From Balanoglossus misakiensis (Eukaryota; Animalia; Hemichordata), in the NCBI GenBank assembly GCA_040954595.2, contig CM082584.2, forward strand, positions 5,956,110 through 6,020,109: a stretch of DNA of 64,000 nucleotides, in the 5' to 3' direction. The notes below the pieces were generated by a model that worked only from the letters and a program-made list of their open reading frames with translations, was not told the origin of the DNA and did not search any database. Position numbers and translations under genes: made by a program. The stretch's first letter is position 1. Each line of letters starts with the position of its first letter. Positions 30,201-44,832 of the stretch are shown here, in pieces.

Positions 30201-33200
30201 GTACCACTCATATATTTTCATAACCGTATTACATGTCGTTCAGTTTGAAGGCTCCAGAGGATAACTGTATCACACTGTCCAAGAGTATCACTGTATAACA
30301 CTTTCTGTGGAAAACCGACGTGAAGCAACTTGGGGAATATCACACTCTGGCAAATTGTAAGTCGAAACGGAAGCAATAGGAATGAGGCGGTGGAAATTAC
30401 AAAGGAAAAATTTAGCTCTTATATACGAGTACATGCACTTGACAAGAATTAATCGTTACCGAAGCATATGATAACCGCGCCGTCTATACTCATCGTATAC
30501 GATCCGTGATAAAGTACAGGAAGTACATATACTTGATTTTTTGGACTGCAGAGGCATCTTCTCTGATGATGGTCACATGCGACAGACTGCAGTAGACACG
30601 ACTTTGGCATAAACAGCATGATACGCAAATAATGATACGTGTTTCACGGTTTCCTGTTCGTCACTGCAGCTTTGGGACGAAACCATGGCAACAGCAATCT
30701 GAAATCTACCCCCGGGCTTTGGCGCTGTGTGTCGGGTCGCACACACTTGTCGTCAGGTACGCATACATGTATCGATATCCGATAATTTACCCGGCATAGT
30801 TGCATAGCTATTCAGACGGCGTAATAACCCGCAAACCCGCGTATTAAAGTTTACGACACTACAGTTCAAATAAAAACTTTCAATTAATCGTCGTAAAGCT
30901 TTTGACGTAATGCCAACGAAATCAATAAACAGATAATGGATGTGGCTGGCGCTCTCTTGCGGTTTAACAGCCGAGCGGGCATAACTACCCGCAATTTATT
31001 TCCAAAATCGTATATCAAATTTTATTTTCGCCATAGCAACTACAGATCAAGAGTTCCTAGCGACAATGCGAGCGCGGAGCACTGGGAGTAATGAGTAGAT
31101 TGAGCGTATCAAGTTGTATCAAGTTACGCGAATCCTCTACTTCCAGAAATGGCCTCAAAAGAGCTGTTCTGGGTAGATTTCATAAATTCCAATTACCCGA
31201 AGTCGGAGATTAGATATACTGTGCGTATCAGGACAGCGGGATTTGCTGACTATTGTGCTCTGCAGTGCATTTGTATAATGAACGTTAGGTTTAGACCCAT
31301 TTGTATCTGTTAATCTCATGATGTCCATATGCTATGCCTGCGTCTCATTCTGTGAAACAATGATATACCGGTAGGTGACACCTCGTCATGACTACGTCAC
31401 TGCTACTTGTCTTACGCTCGTCTAGCGCGCGGCCGTTACATCTAACAGCCTTATATATTAAACGTGACCGTTTCTCGCATGTTTCATATGAATCTTTACC
31501 ACTCATGTACACCGTAAAGAGTAATTTATGCCCACAATCATTCTTTGCTAGACCATAGACCCTGGCAGAAGATATAATGGCATTAAATGCTTGAAGATAA
31601 GGGGACGGGGGGGGGACTTCATAACTAAGCTTATAGTTGCACCTTTTATTATGCATTCACATCAGAGTCATTCGGAAACCCACCCATAAGAAGTCATTCC
31701 AGCAAGCGAGATTTACAAGACAGCGTAGATAAATCCAAAAAGTGGACACAGTTCTTCATTATCAGTCCGCGCAATTTGCAATGATTGTCAACACATGGAA
31801 GCATTTGGTTATCCGCGAGAGTGTAGATACAATTCATTCGTTATCAGATGCACTGTCGTTTCGAATGACCGAGGTAGAAAATCTTTCGATCGAGCAATCC
31901 TACATTTATCTGAAATGTAGGAGAAATAACAACTACATGTAGGTCTTATATGACAACTCCAGAATTTCAATTAGGATTGTGTAACATGTTATCGCTGTCT
32001 TATACGTAATGCGTATGTTTTCTAAGCGGAACCAGCGGGAAAGTGTTGTATACGAACACAGTATTACGACCTGTATGGACATACATGTATGTTTTAAAGG
32101 AAGAGTGACTGAAAATGCCCATGATAAATGATAACATGCAAGTTAAGCATAACTATGAACCCATTAGTTAAACGGTAATTGTACCAAAAGTGTTGACTAA
32201 AGACGTAAGCGTAAAGGTCATTTATACACTGGACCCCACCGATGGCTGATTGGAAACAAATGCGATTTTGCCTTGAGAACCAATCGGATGTCTTAAGAGC
32301 ACTCTGATCTACCTCATAACCAATTCCAAGCTTAAGTAAGTGAGAACTGCGTCTTACAAAGTCGTGAGTACACGATGTTAAGGATAATGTTCCAAGTGTA
32401 TATTCAACTGTCCGATGCATAATGTGTAGTGCCTCATCGAAGATCAAGATTTTCTCGACAGGAATTCTAAACGGCGCAAGAATTGTGTATCCGCTCATTG
32501 TGCGTTACGTTTCGTTTGTCATGACGTTTGTTCTATACTATGCATTCACAACAACATCTTCTGTATGCAGAGTTTCCTACCTGCATGACAAGCAAGTGGC
32601 ATTTGGTAAAGGATTCTCCAAGTAAATTACTCAGTACGGATAAAGGTAACTGGTACATATATCTAGTATTTGGTTCGTTCTGCAATTTATATGTTAAATT
32701 ATTTTAAAGCGACGCTCCCCCAAAAACTGGCCACGCTCTGAATCATAGAAATACAAACTGATCTTCAAACTCAAAAACTAATAAGGTTCAAGACGTTGAC
32801 ATAGATGAGTCAAATATCTTACTCTTTGATTTAGTCTCTAAGCAGAAAATGTCATTCATTAGTAAAGCCATACTAGGAAATAACAAAGCTGTCAGTCTAC
32901 GTATATATAACAGACGACAAAATGTGGCAGGCCCCAATATGCGCAGAATGTTGGCGCCATTCAGCCGACCAGGGTGTGCATGTGACTTCGTGTATATCAA
33001 TGTATTTTCCTGTTGATATTGAAATCAAAACGCACCGGTACGATTGATCAAATTTCAATCAAAAGTTTTGAGTAAACTATGCAGTTTTTTCGACTGAATT
33101 GCGATCATGCTATAGCGTGCACAGCGTGAGGCATGGAAAATATATCGCTTTCATTCGTACATTGTAATGACCCAAACCCCGATGCTTGAATTTCGTCTTG

Positions 33201-34798
33201 AGTATAGGTTTGCATGCGACGGCAACGAAAACACACACGGTGAGCAAAAAGAGAAAATATTTTCTGACGATAAAGATTCGATTCTATTTTGGTTGCGACT
33301 CTGTACTGATTCATAGTTATTCTCATAACAGACATTACTCAATGAAGGCGATGCAGGCTTGACACGAAACTCCCGACCGGAGAATCACGTAACGTCGGTA
33401 CAAAACGACAGCACATACTTATACATGCGCATTGCAGTGCGCGGATTTATGGTCGTTTGAGCGGTTCATTGAGCGGTCCATTTACTCCTATTGAAACGTG
33501 ACTATGCGAATTGTATTGCCTGAAATGAGTGATTCACGCAGCCATTATAAGTTTAGTACCTGATATAGAATAACATTGCATTATATAGAAAGAAAAAATG
33601 AATGCATGGAATTTGGAATCTTACTCAGGAAGCAAAGCGTTATGTAGTGTGAATGACTACCGAATAAGCAATCAAGTCAATGGGATGGAAAATTTGGTCA
33701 CAACGGACTAATGCTAGAAGGACCCTTAACGCCGCGATTCGTTAAGACGTGATTCATAGCGAAGCAATTCAAAGAGAATGAAAGAACAGCAGATGACTTC
33801 GTGAAGGAGAGGTAGATAATACTGTCGCCATTTGTAAATAAACATCAAGAAAACTGAGATAATGACGGTTTTGTTTGTCCAACAGACATATCGGTAAATC
33901 CCACAGAGTGACATACCTCATTAAGTATTTCTCCACTATGCACGGTACACGTTTTCTGTGAGTCCCATCGGAATTTCAAGGCTAAGTCAGTCATAAAACA
34001 GAAATATCACAACGGGTCACTATATCATACTTTATCTAATAAATTAGTTCCCTCGTGCTTCTTCTGTCAAATCTGCTCGAGACAGCCTGTAAATATTTCA
34101 TAACTGATCATAACTGCTCATGCAGTCATACCTATGGAGGTGTCTCAGTGGTTGATTCCGGTGCTGCCACGGCAGAATACAGGCAGAGTGATATTCTGAT
34201 ATAGGTTGCACTCATTGTAGTTTGGGTATGCATACTCAGTGTTTGATGTTCTAAACAAAGATGCCGTATTCATAAAATAAGAATTTAGCGTTGCTTGATC
34301 ATGAAACGCGCATGTGCGAAAAATAACTACTGGGCAGTGTTGCATGACCATATCGTTATGCGTATAGGTTGCTTGTGTGCTAACGCTGCTGGTAAACTGA
34401 CGACAATTGTGAGGAACCGTCGGCATTACTGTGAGAGATAACGATTTGCTAACCTGAAGCCATAATTGGTTAACTTGCACAGTTACAAATGAGTTGAAAT
34501 AACAGTAGGGGTTTGACCATAGTTATTATCTCAGTATGATTATGAATCTAATAAAATAAATAATAAGAAAACAGCCTTATTCTTGGGCGATTGACAGATT
34601 AATGATTTAAAAAATGACTGAAGATCGCAAGCAAACTATTAAATACATTTAACAACACCGTTAGTTGCTTTGCTATTCCGTGGAAGAGATTCTTCACTAT
34701 ACATGCACACGTTGGGTAAGTGGATTGTGGAAGTCTGGGGGGGGGGCAACGTCCATGTGGTGCTTGTCGGGATGTGGCTGCATCAGGTGCAGCTCTGT

Positions 34799-34894
34799 CT
34801 GCCAATTTTGCTGTCGTCTGCCAATTTTTGCTGTCGTCTGCTAATTTTGCTGTCGTCGGCCAATGTTTGCTGTCGTCTGCCAATTTGCTGTCGA
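34799..34894. repeat. Minisatellite, about 5 copies of a 19-20 bp unit
   Basis: Unit CTGCCAATTTTGCTGTCGT with minor variants. Confidence 0.9.
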
Positions 34895-37738
34895 TCTCTA
34901 AAGAATTGAAATTCACCCTTCATACATCCCGGCTAGTGTACACTCGACCCACCTCGGGTAATCGTTGGACGACCTTTTTTCTACCGTGCACGTATTTCTG
35001 GATCAACTGATCTTCATCTAACGAGACACAAGAGAGTATCTCTGATCGGAGAAAAATGATGGCCAGAAATCGAAACGATTACGTTAATCCTCGCCACGCT
35101 TGATGCTTTTCACCAAGAGCCTGTTCATTTTTTCCGGATATTTTCATTTCTTTTATGTTTCTAAAACTGTGATTACTGTAGCTGTTTTGAATACACAATT
35201 TCTGGAAGCTATTAGTTTGATATCAATAATGTCATTCTATGAATTCAACACCTGAAATTTCTTGGGTTTCAATGGCAGAATTTGCGTGAAATATAATGAG
35301 TGTTACTGCCATCTCCCCGCCTGAATCACAACGCCCCCAAAATTCGTCCCGAATAAACCCTCATAACTGCCGAATAAATGAGTTTTGGCTGCACAGGTGT
35401 TTATGAAAATTCTCGTGATGTGTTATTGGAAACAGAGTATTGTGTTTTGACACAACATGCAGGTACAATAAGCAAAGGGGAATCGATTTATATGTATTCT
35501 GTAGGTAATCTCACATCAGAATTGCGTCTCCGTTATATTTTATGGTATTTTTTACTTCGTGTAAATATTTTATCCATGTCATAAATGCTGGGCGCTGACG
35601 TGTTCGTTTTGATGACAAAGAGTAAAAGGGCTTACAGTGAGCAACTCAATTTTCTGCGATTTCTATCCCGCAGACTCCATCTATTCACGGGCGGGGATTG
35701 TGGATGCAACCCCAGACAGCGACCTTTCAAAGATTGGTTTGCTCCCGTGGTGCCTATTTTGGCTCCAACAGGGTAAATGTCTTTAGGTTATAAGTGGCTG
35801 AATATCCATCTTTTCCGCGCGCACAAAACGCCGATAATGAGAGATTTTCCAGACCAGATGGCATCACATCATGAAATCGTTTCAGGAATGCAGCTGGAAT
35901 ACTTGTATCTCCAAATAATCCTAGAATGCATTCTGCTAGAAAAGTCGCGTAATAAATGCAATGGAAGAATCGTATTTAATACTTCACGGTTTAGCCTTAT
36001 GCTGGTTTTGTAACAAAAATATTTGGTATTTACGAAGCAGGCAAAATCTTATCACGTCATTTATCGTCTTCTCTCGTGTCAAGTGTCCCAGTTAAAACGA
36101 CTTGCAGAAATATTGGAATTTTTCATTGCTCCCCGTTGTCTACATAAAATTTCACGCCTCGTTTAACGGTCGCAGAGTCGTAAACTCGACCGAAACATGT
36201 CATTTTAATTCGCCATTTCATCTATCACGCAAAAAATCATTCATAACACCTTCAGAATCTGACTGCGTCATTGCACCACTGCGCGCCAAGATAATCGCTC
36301 ATTTATTTGCATATTTGTACCTGATTATATATTGTGTTGGCGTTGAGCTGTTTTCTCTTCAAAATAAAAATGATTTATTATACACTTGTATATTCCCTGG
36401 TGTCCAATATCTGTTTTTGAGTATTTGTTTTAAAGTTACACAGTCACCTACGCTAATGGAATGTGGAGAGCCAGCCAAACACAAATTTCAACATGATGCG
36501 CCATCAAACGGTTATTTCAAGACTTGGACGCGCTCTTTTAACCATATATGGGCCTATGTAAATTAGGGGCGATGTTATAAATCTTGTATTGCCGTTTCTG
36601 TATGCCCGTTACACTCAATGCAACAGTCGGTAATGTACGGAAAAGTCAAAATTCACTTTAGAATACTGTCAAATAATATTAAGTTGCAGTGCAATAGGCT
36701 AACCTGTCATGGACACGATACCTCAAAATATGTGAAAGTAATCAAATGATACCACAGGTACCGTCACGGTGAGGCAGGGGGATGTTTTCATGTGTAATTG
36801 TAATTCCTCCAATTAACTATTCATCGACCATTGTTCCGATAATGAATATATTAGAATAGGGGTGAACATTACTCTCCAGATAATATATGCCTGGCTCATA
36901 ATTACACGACACTTTGAGAAATGTTGCACATACGGCGTACAAAAATTGCCAAGACCATGCGACAAATAAACTTTTCCAGTAAGCTTGATAGCATGCAGAT
37001 AAAGCATTCTAGACTAAAACATACGAACCTTTTTCAACGCAATGACATGGTAAGCAAGCGGGTAGATCGCCACCAGAAGACGTAATGAACTGCCGCCAGA
37101 TTGGAGTTAAATGAATACCCCGGCAAACGTTGCTATTTTTGGTCGCCGCGCACCTGTAATCTAGCAAGCATGCGCAGAAACTGCCGCGAAGTAAACTGTT
37201 GAGCTTGTCCGGCAGTGAAACGATGTACGTGCTCTGTTTTCATAGACATGTGTGCGAGATCCAGTCATGCATATACATATACCATCACTGCCTATCAAAA
37301 CAGTGATAAACTATAGCGGGCGCTATTGGAATGTCTTGGATGCGAATACGAATAGAGAAGTAATGCATGTACATGTACAGGGCTTGTGTGAGAACTTTAT
37401 TTTATTTGGGAGAAAACGAGTCCCGGTGACTTGCCGTATCAAGGCATATAAAAATACAATGAATGTCATAAAAAAACACGATTATTGATGAATTAACGAG
37501 AAACATAACATGTTTTCATGGTTGTGATGATCCACTAAAATAGCAATAATTACAAGTTGGCGTTGGCAAAAAAAGTCTTTTCCAGCTGATGCAGAACATT
37601 ATAAAAGGTAGAATATAGACATGGACGAAATTCTAGACTCTCTGTCCAAAAGCGCACCCATTGAGCTAACTGGTATGAACCAGTGCTGACAGAGAGAGAA
37701 AGTGAAAAAAGAAGTCAGTCGTCATGACCTATTGATTT

Positions 37739-40700
37739 CTATTGAATATGCAAAGTAGCAGTACTGCCCGCCGCCATTTCTTCTCCATTTGTCGCCGAGA
37801 TCACTTCCGGTTGGTTTTCTTTGGCTTTGCTCTGCCTGTACACAATGTACGCCACGCCGAGACCCACGGCTCCTAAGAAGACAAGTACGGCCAACACAAT
37901 GCCAATGATTGCACCGACACTCAGACCAGATCCTGTGTAGTTGAAGTGAAACAAAACATTGGAAAAATAGGGAATCTTACAAGGTAATGGATCGAGAACT
38001 TCAAAGCATTGTGTCGACAGTGGATCAGATAGTTTTGGTGTGGTAGGTCAAAATCACTTTCAGAATTGATAGTAACTGTATGGACATCCTTTAATAATGA
38101 ATGATACTGAACAGTTTACCAGTAAACATCATCGACGTTCGTTTTCAGTAACGAACTACTAGTATTCAATTATATTTCTGGACTGTATATTAACACAAAT
38201 CAAGAATTAGTTTCCTTGGTGAGACAAACGTATAAGAAAATCTTGGTGCGTTCGAAAAGGGTCAAAAATGGAAAATGATCTCAAGTACTCATGAGTGACA
38301 ACACTATGAAATGCAGGCTAAGATTATAGCTTCAGCCCTTTCACCGCCAGTTCCCTCTATAGTGGTCCAAACGTACCATAGAAAAACTGGGTTTAGACTG
38401 AACCATGGTGGTGAGAGGGTTACTTGAAAATTGGACGTCGCAATACCCTGCGTGAATATATGCCTATAGAATGCCACATACCGTATATCTCATCAGTCTT
38501 ACATGTATCGCAATACTTTTCATCTCCCCCGTCACCGCAGTTGTCCTTGCAGTCGCACTCAAGAGATTTGTCAATACAGTAATTCGGACCAGTACAGTGG
38601 TATTTATTAGAAGGACAGTCCGTTGCTGAAAGGTAATGAGATTAGTATATTAGTAAATGTATATGGACAAATCCAACATGATGCATGATACGAAAGGCGC
38701 GTAGTGCACTGCTCTACACGAAGAGCGCACAACTCATAAGCACAGCAGTCAAAGACCAGGCTGTTGTTCATGATATTTCCCATGATCCTTTTTTACAGTG
38801 TCACAGGTTTCTTTCTGGTGTACGATAAAGAATGACAGTAGTCCACGAAAATGTGTAAATCGTTCCACATCTAGACTTAATTAAACTTACTCTAAGTATT
38901 GCATCCAATAGAAGTAGCATATATTAAAACATTGGTTTGCAGTGTTCTTCTATCACAGTGGAGAAGCGAAAGAGAACTTTTTGATATCCACAAAATAGAA
39001 TGCATCCCCGGCCGAAAAAAACTGGCCGGTCCCTTAAACCAAACATGATACACACCAGATCGGTTGACTGCGGTGAATACCAGTGAAAATCCCCGCGACG
39101 TTATCAATTCGTTTGTAAAAAGCAATAGTGACACGGTCGTCGCCTGGAAATGTCGGGAAGACGGCGGCGATGTGCCGCACCACTCGTGACTTGGGTCTGT
39201 CTCCTCCGTGCCTTCGTACATTACAAGATAATCGATGCATTCAACCGTTTCGTCATCTCTTTCCAAGTCGATCCAGTCAAACTGTAAGCACACATTGACA
39301 TCAATTTAGTGCACATATTTTTCAGTTCAAGACACGGTGTCGACATTTCATACTAACGCGGCTCAGCGATACTGTCATATAAATAAGGTAATGACAAGAT
39401 AAGATTCAGAATAATTATAAGCGTAGATCACGGATCTTAGGATCATTCGGCTACCGTGTAAGGTACCAATCGACATTCCGAAATGTCCACACAGAAGCAC
39501 ACAACTATATGAAAAGCCTTATTTCCTGCGGTGACGGTTTAGACTGGGCAGTCAAGGGTCGAATTACTTACATCGAGGCGAATCTCTTCGAAACCAGCGG
39601 GCGCTTGTAATTGCAACCAACAATCTATGTTATTCTGGTAATACTCATCCTTTTGGGATCGAAGTCTATCACCGGCTATTGTAATCTTCTTTTCACAGTG
39701 ATCTGTCATATACACTGCAATAAAGACAAATGAATTTAGTAGCAGGTGTTAAGTGTACGCGAAGAGAAACCTTTCTTTTCATATACATGTATGTAGCTAA
39801 TACACAAACGTTCTTAGACCGATTCCACTCAGACGTTAGCAAGTCAGTTTTTGTGTGATGTGATCCAATATGGCTGCCAGGTGGCCATTTTGTTACAACG
39901 TTTATCATGTCTTGAGACATTACGTACCATACTTTAGCATATTTCAGGGTACTTCAAGGACAATGTGTTTCTCTATAATCACGACACGATTGCGGTTGCT
40001 CGTGTGTGCCACATCATTTCACTATGTTGAACATACGTAGGGAATTTGTTCTTTTGCATGTGGCTGCAAAATATTTTTGATATGCTCTGAATTTTAGTAC
40101 CAGGTACATTCTACATTTTCGCTAGACAATATTTCTTGGTTGATTTTATTCCACCAAGATTTCTGCTAATGTTTGCACAACCAAGCAGTGAATAGAGTCT
40201 TTTTACGCACTCAGGGAAATTGCAACACGCACGGAGGGGAGGGGGGGGGGGGGTTATGCACGGGTCGGACGCGATCCTGCTACTATCACTAACTCGGAAA
40301 GTGAGGGCGCTGCCCTAGAAAGGCTGATAGTATCAACTGCGTGATTTTCACACAGTAGCCGGCCCTTCTGCTGTTACCTGTCACACGCAGACGACATGAC
40401 ACAACATTAGTGGGCTTTATATATAACACTGACATGAAATATTACTTTGCAAATAGCTGAGTTGCCACGTACTGATCTCTGTCACAAGTTTAACTGCACG
40501 GTATTGATAAGCTCACGGTCCAAAGTTTGCAATAAATTCGCGGTCTATTTCCCCCACTGAAAATTATTAAATTCAATTTCCTCTTAAACGGTTTCGCCCT
40601 TACGCAAACGTTGACCTTAGTCACTGCAATAATAATTAAAGCTTGTTACTATTCATTATAATTACATTAATATGAAGAACGTGTTTCGGTTACATAGAAC

Positions 40701-40835
40701 ATTTTTGTAAAGAACCATAAAGACGAACATGGGCATGTATCAATCATAAAACTCACCGGTTCCATTTGACTCTATGGTAAAGAGAATCAGTACCGCTACT
40801 GTCACTAGCACCACTGCGGACGTCCTTTCGTCCAT
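37739..40835 (-). CDS. CUB + LDL-receptor class A domain single-pass membrane protein, paralog A
   Basis: Exons 40757-40835 (SP MDERTSAVVLVTVAVLILFTIESNGT), 39572-39714 and 39056-39281 (CUB: HCEKKI..YYQNNIDC..CIDYLVMYEG..WCG..RGFSLVFTA), 38482-38625 (LDLa CPSNKYHCTGPNYCIDKSLECDCKDNCGDGGDEKYC), 37739-37932 (TM GLSVGAIIGIVLAVLVFLGAVGLGVAYIVY plus tail). All introns GT-AG and in phase. Confidence 0.9.
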
Positions 40836-41905
40836 GTTCGATCCCAGATCGGTACACGAGTGTCCACAGTTGATTAGCAACCTATGTTTTGAATAGTTCG
40901 CTATCTTGCTACCATGGTTACCGGTACATTGTTTGACAAACAAAACCGTTATCCAACGCCCTGTACTGTATGATCTTTCACTTTGTGGCCACATTGAATA
41001 ATTATACTGTTTCCTGAACTTGCAGGTATCAAAAACACAACGTTGTTATCGATATAGGCCTACATAATGTTAATAATTAAAACCGAAGTTTCCTGTAGTT
41101 GTCCCGTGAGTTGGTCCGTTTACTTATTAGAATTAGCAGAAACAACTTATCGAATTACACTCTACCATTTGAACTTGGACATAGGCCAGTTGACATTATT
41201 GTGATCTTGTTCTAACACAATTTCTCACAAAAAACTGGTGAACGATTTGTGTGAAAATCAAACCGTCTATGGCTTATTTCCATATGTCACTATGGCAACC
41301 ATTTCTTAAAACTGTTAATCTTCTAAACAAAAAATGTCAGACTAAGTGATAGTCATGATGATTCCAACAGAAGGAACTGGCCGAATGGCATGATATGTGA
41401 ATAACCCCGGTAATGTTGAAAATGATGAGACACGTTGTTGTCATCTTGGCTGTTGTTCTTTTTTATTGTTGTTTACCAGAAGTACAATAAACCACAAGCA
41501 AAAAAGCAATCGACAAAACGTTACGGCTGTAGCTTTTGCCATAAAGAGGCGCGTGATTTATGACGATGCTTGACAACAGGTGGAGGAAACGCGACATCGT
41601 TGTAAACCACATACATTGTACCTCTTTACGGCAAGAATTTCTGGTTCGCGAGAATAACACACAAAGGCCTAGTCATGTCTACAGACGCTAGCAGAATCAG
41701 TGAGAGATTGGAGCAACATGGACGTTAATTATCTCTCGTTCCAGATCTGATCTGATGGTCAATAACATTTCCGAGTATGCTCAGGGTGCTAATATTGATA
41801 CCATACGCAAACGAATGATTAGTGAATGATAAAAAAGGAAGACTTTCTCCAAAGAATCAGTAGCCATGCGGATGACGTCAGAAGACAGGCCACATTTTAA
41901 AATTG

Positions 41906-42405
41906 TTAGTGTCCGGTTGGTCTCGATCCTTGGCTTTTAGTCTTTACGCCGCTGATTGATACTGCCACCGTAGCAGAGTGTTGGCCTTCTGGTGCTGGGG
42001 CAACGGAAGTGCCTGCTCTTCTCTGCGATGGGGTTTGCTGATGGTGACCTTTGACCTCGGCGTCTTTCCCGTATTTGCGGTAGATCACGTACACAACAAC
42101 TGCGATGAGTGCCACCGCGAGTAACACTCCCATCACAATGCCAACGATTGCACCGGCCGACAACCCGGAACCTTGACGAAAAATTTTAAAATTACATAAT
42201 GTAATCGTTTAAATGGTTAAATCATCCGCATATTGATTTTATGTATGTATGTATGTATGTATGTATGTATGTATGTATGTATGTATGTATGTATGTATGT
42301 ATGTATGTATGTATGTATGTATGTATGTATGTATGTATGTATGTATGTATGTATGTATGTATGTATGTATGTATGTATGTATGTATGTATGTATGTATGT
42401 ATGTA

Positions 42406-42494
<89 letters not shown>

Positions 42495-44832
42495 ATGTAT
42501 GTATGTATGTATGTATGTATGTATGTATGTATGTATGTATGTATGTGTGTATGTATGTATGTATGTATGCGTGTATGTACGTATGTATGTATGTATGTAT
42601 GTATGTATGTATGTATGTATGTATGTATGTATGTATGTATGTATGTATGTATGTATGTATGTATGTATGTATGTATGTATGTATGTATGCATGCATGCTT
42701 CAATGTTATATTTACTGAAATAATCTATCTTTATTAAGTCCTACTTCGTTTGCTGATCACTCTAGCTGATCGATATATACATCATATATAAACACTCTAA
42801 CAGTTTTATTATTCTATTTCCAAAAGTTGCGACATTGAAGGCATTAATGTTGTGGAATGCTTACTGTAGATGTTGTCTGCCTTGCAGGTTGAACAGTATC
42901 TTTCATCATTTCCATTACCACAGTTGTCTTTACAATCACACAACAGAGTGGTGTCTATGCAACGCATATCTTTACAATAGAATTCGTTGTTTTTAGGGCA
43001 CATATCTGGAATTGAACACAAACATGTGTGTAACACATACGGAGAAACTACTGAATGCACGGCCAACCGATCTATGTGGACTGCTATAACCTGGTAAGTT
43101 TATGTTTTTTTTAGCAAAATGGGTTGATTTGCATACATACCTGAGACTCCAGCAGGACTAAATGATGTAAATATCAACACAAATCCAACGTCATCATCCG
43201 TAGGCGTAGGATCGGTAAAAAACCTAAGAAGCATCGCGTCACCAGTACTGGTAAAGGTTGTTGAACTACGCGTACCGCACTCATGGGCTTTCCGACTCGA
43301 ATAATACATCTGGTCGCCGTCGTAAATGTCTAGGTAATCCGAACAAACTCCGCCCTCCGGTTGAGCTAGATGGAGCCATTCGAACTGCCAAAGAAAAAAA
43401 ATTGTGAATAAAAAAAATGTTAACCCCCATGACAGCTCAGTAGTCAAGTTTATGCAGTACAGCACGTGAAACAAAACTCACTCATCAACACGGCATTCAA
43501 ACATTCACACGTAATGTTTGGCGTGTACGTCTTTTTGTGTGAAAAGTTTCCCGGCATTCGATCGATGTGTGTAGCATAGCAACGAAATTCAAGGAAATAG
43601 GTTTCCAGTGTTATTGTTCAGTGTAAAACATTTTGTGACCAAGACATTTGCGATTTACTATATGTTGTCACGAACTTCCCAGGTGTCCTTGTTTAATATG
43701 TACATTTTTTTCGGTGAACCACAAATTCACCAAATTCTAAATTTTGACCCAAGCTCCCCTGCGAGAGATTTGAAAGGTGTGACCCTCTCTCTCTGGAACA
43801 GGTAAACTGCAAAATTCCCTCAGAATTCCTCCAAATTTTGATAATAAACGAGAGCTCTCTGATTTTCTGATGTTGTCGTTCAGATGACGTCATTGTCTTG
43901 TGCGTTACTCACTCTCAGGTCTAGCTTGTAACGAGGGAGAGGCGCCTTCAACACGACGCGGCAGTCGAGACTACGCGGGTAGAATTCGCCCCTTTGCGAC
44001 TTTATTCGTTCACCATGCAGAGTTATAGTCTCCCCGCAATGGTCACTCAAATATACTGGAATGTAAACAAGAGAAGAGATGTCATTTGAAGAAATACATT
44101 TGTAGAACGTGTAATTTGAACAAGACCAGCATATATCACAGAAGAGATTATGAGACGAATCATGACCGAAAGACCAAAGTGCAAATATGTGGTATGTGTG
44201 ATTACACTCGTGTAAAAAGTACACTCAAAAATGTGTTCTGTCATAATAGTCCTGATTTCTTTGTATGCGCATTTGCTTTCGATTCAGTGGTTATTTGTGC
44301 TGTGATACGAAGGGTCCCTGAGAAAGACAAACAGTGCACCGTTGCTGCCTATCCACTTCTTCACCCAAGGTCTAAGTATACGACAAGAAATATGTCCCTT
44401 TAACGTGTAGTATACTAAGAGGCAGTGGTTCACTGTGAGTTCGCATAGTAAACACATTTCAATAATCGTCCGCGATCAGACGGTTAGCTGACGGTAGCAT
44501 TCCTATGTAGACCCCCGCCGCTCGACACCTACAACGCTCAACTCGGATGATCTCAACGACGAAAAGCTTGTTGGTCCCGTCCGTTTTTCTTAGAAATGTT
44601 GCGATGCGATGCCAGTGTTAGATACAGAATGCAGATAACATGACTCAAATTTCACCACAAAACCACTAATAACGGCTAATTTAAAAGGCCCATTTCTCTC
44701 TAAAGTTGAATTGGGATCATAGACACGTGCATGGTCTCCTGGAAGAATAAACGTGTCCCACTCACCTGTAGCTTCGGCTGACTTCAACAGTACACACATG
44801 ATGACGAGCGCTGTATACACACAACCCTCCAT
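41906..44832 (-). CDS. CUB + LDL-receptor class A domain single-pass membrane protein, paralog B
   Basis: Exons 44766-44832 (SP MEGCVYTALVIMCVLLKSAEAT), 43913-44055 and 43141-43384 (CUB: CSDYLDIYDG..CG..VGFVLIFTS), 42865-43005 (LDLa CPKNNEFYCKDMRCIDTTLLCDCKDNCGNGNDERYC), 41906-42171 (TM GLSAGAIVGIVMGVLLAVALIAVVVYVIY). Same five-exon layout and intron phases as paralog A. Confidence 0.9.
42240..42698. repeat. Compound microsatellite (ATGT)n-(GT)n-(ATGT)n in the last intron of paralog B
   Basis: Directly visible; it produces the MYVC/HTYI artefact ORFs. Confidence 0.98.

Noticed and set aside
32094-32498. 134-aa minus-strand ORF in the gene-poor region
   Set aside because: No recognisable domain or splice-supported structure.
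34599-35010. ORFs with AKLADDSK-like repeats; superficially CRISPR-like array
   Set aside because: Minisatellite with no spacers, in a eukaryotic context with no cas genes.
36102-36566. 154-aa plus-strand ORF
   Set aside because: Non-ATG start, AT-rich and no domain; most likely chance.
42217-42737. Six long ORFs (MYVC.../HTYI...)
   Set aside because: Translations of a microsatellite.
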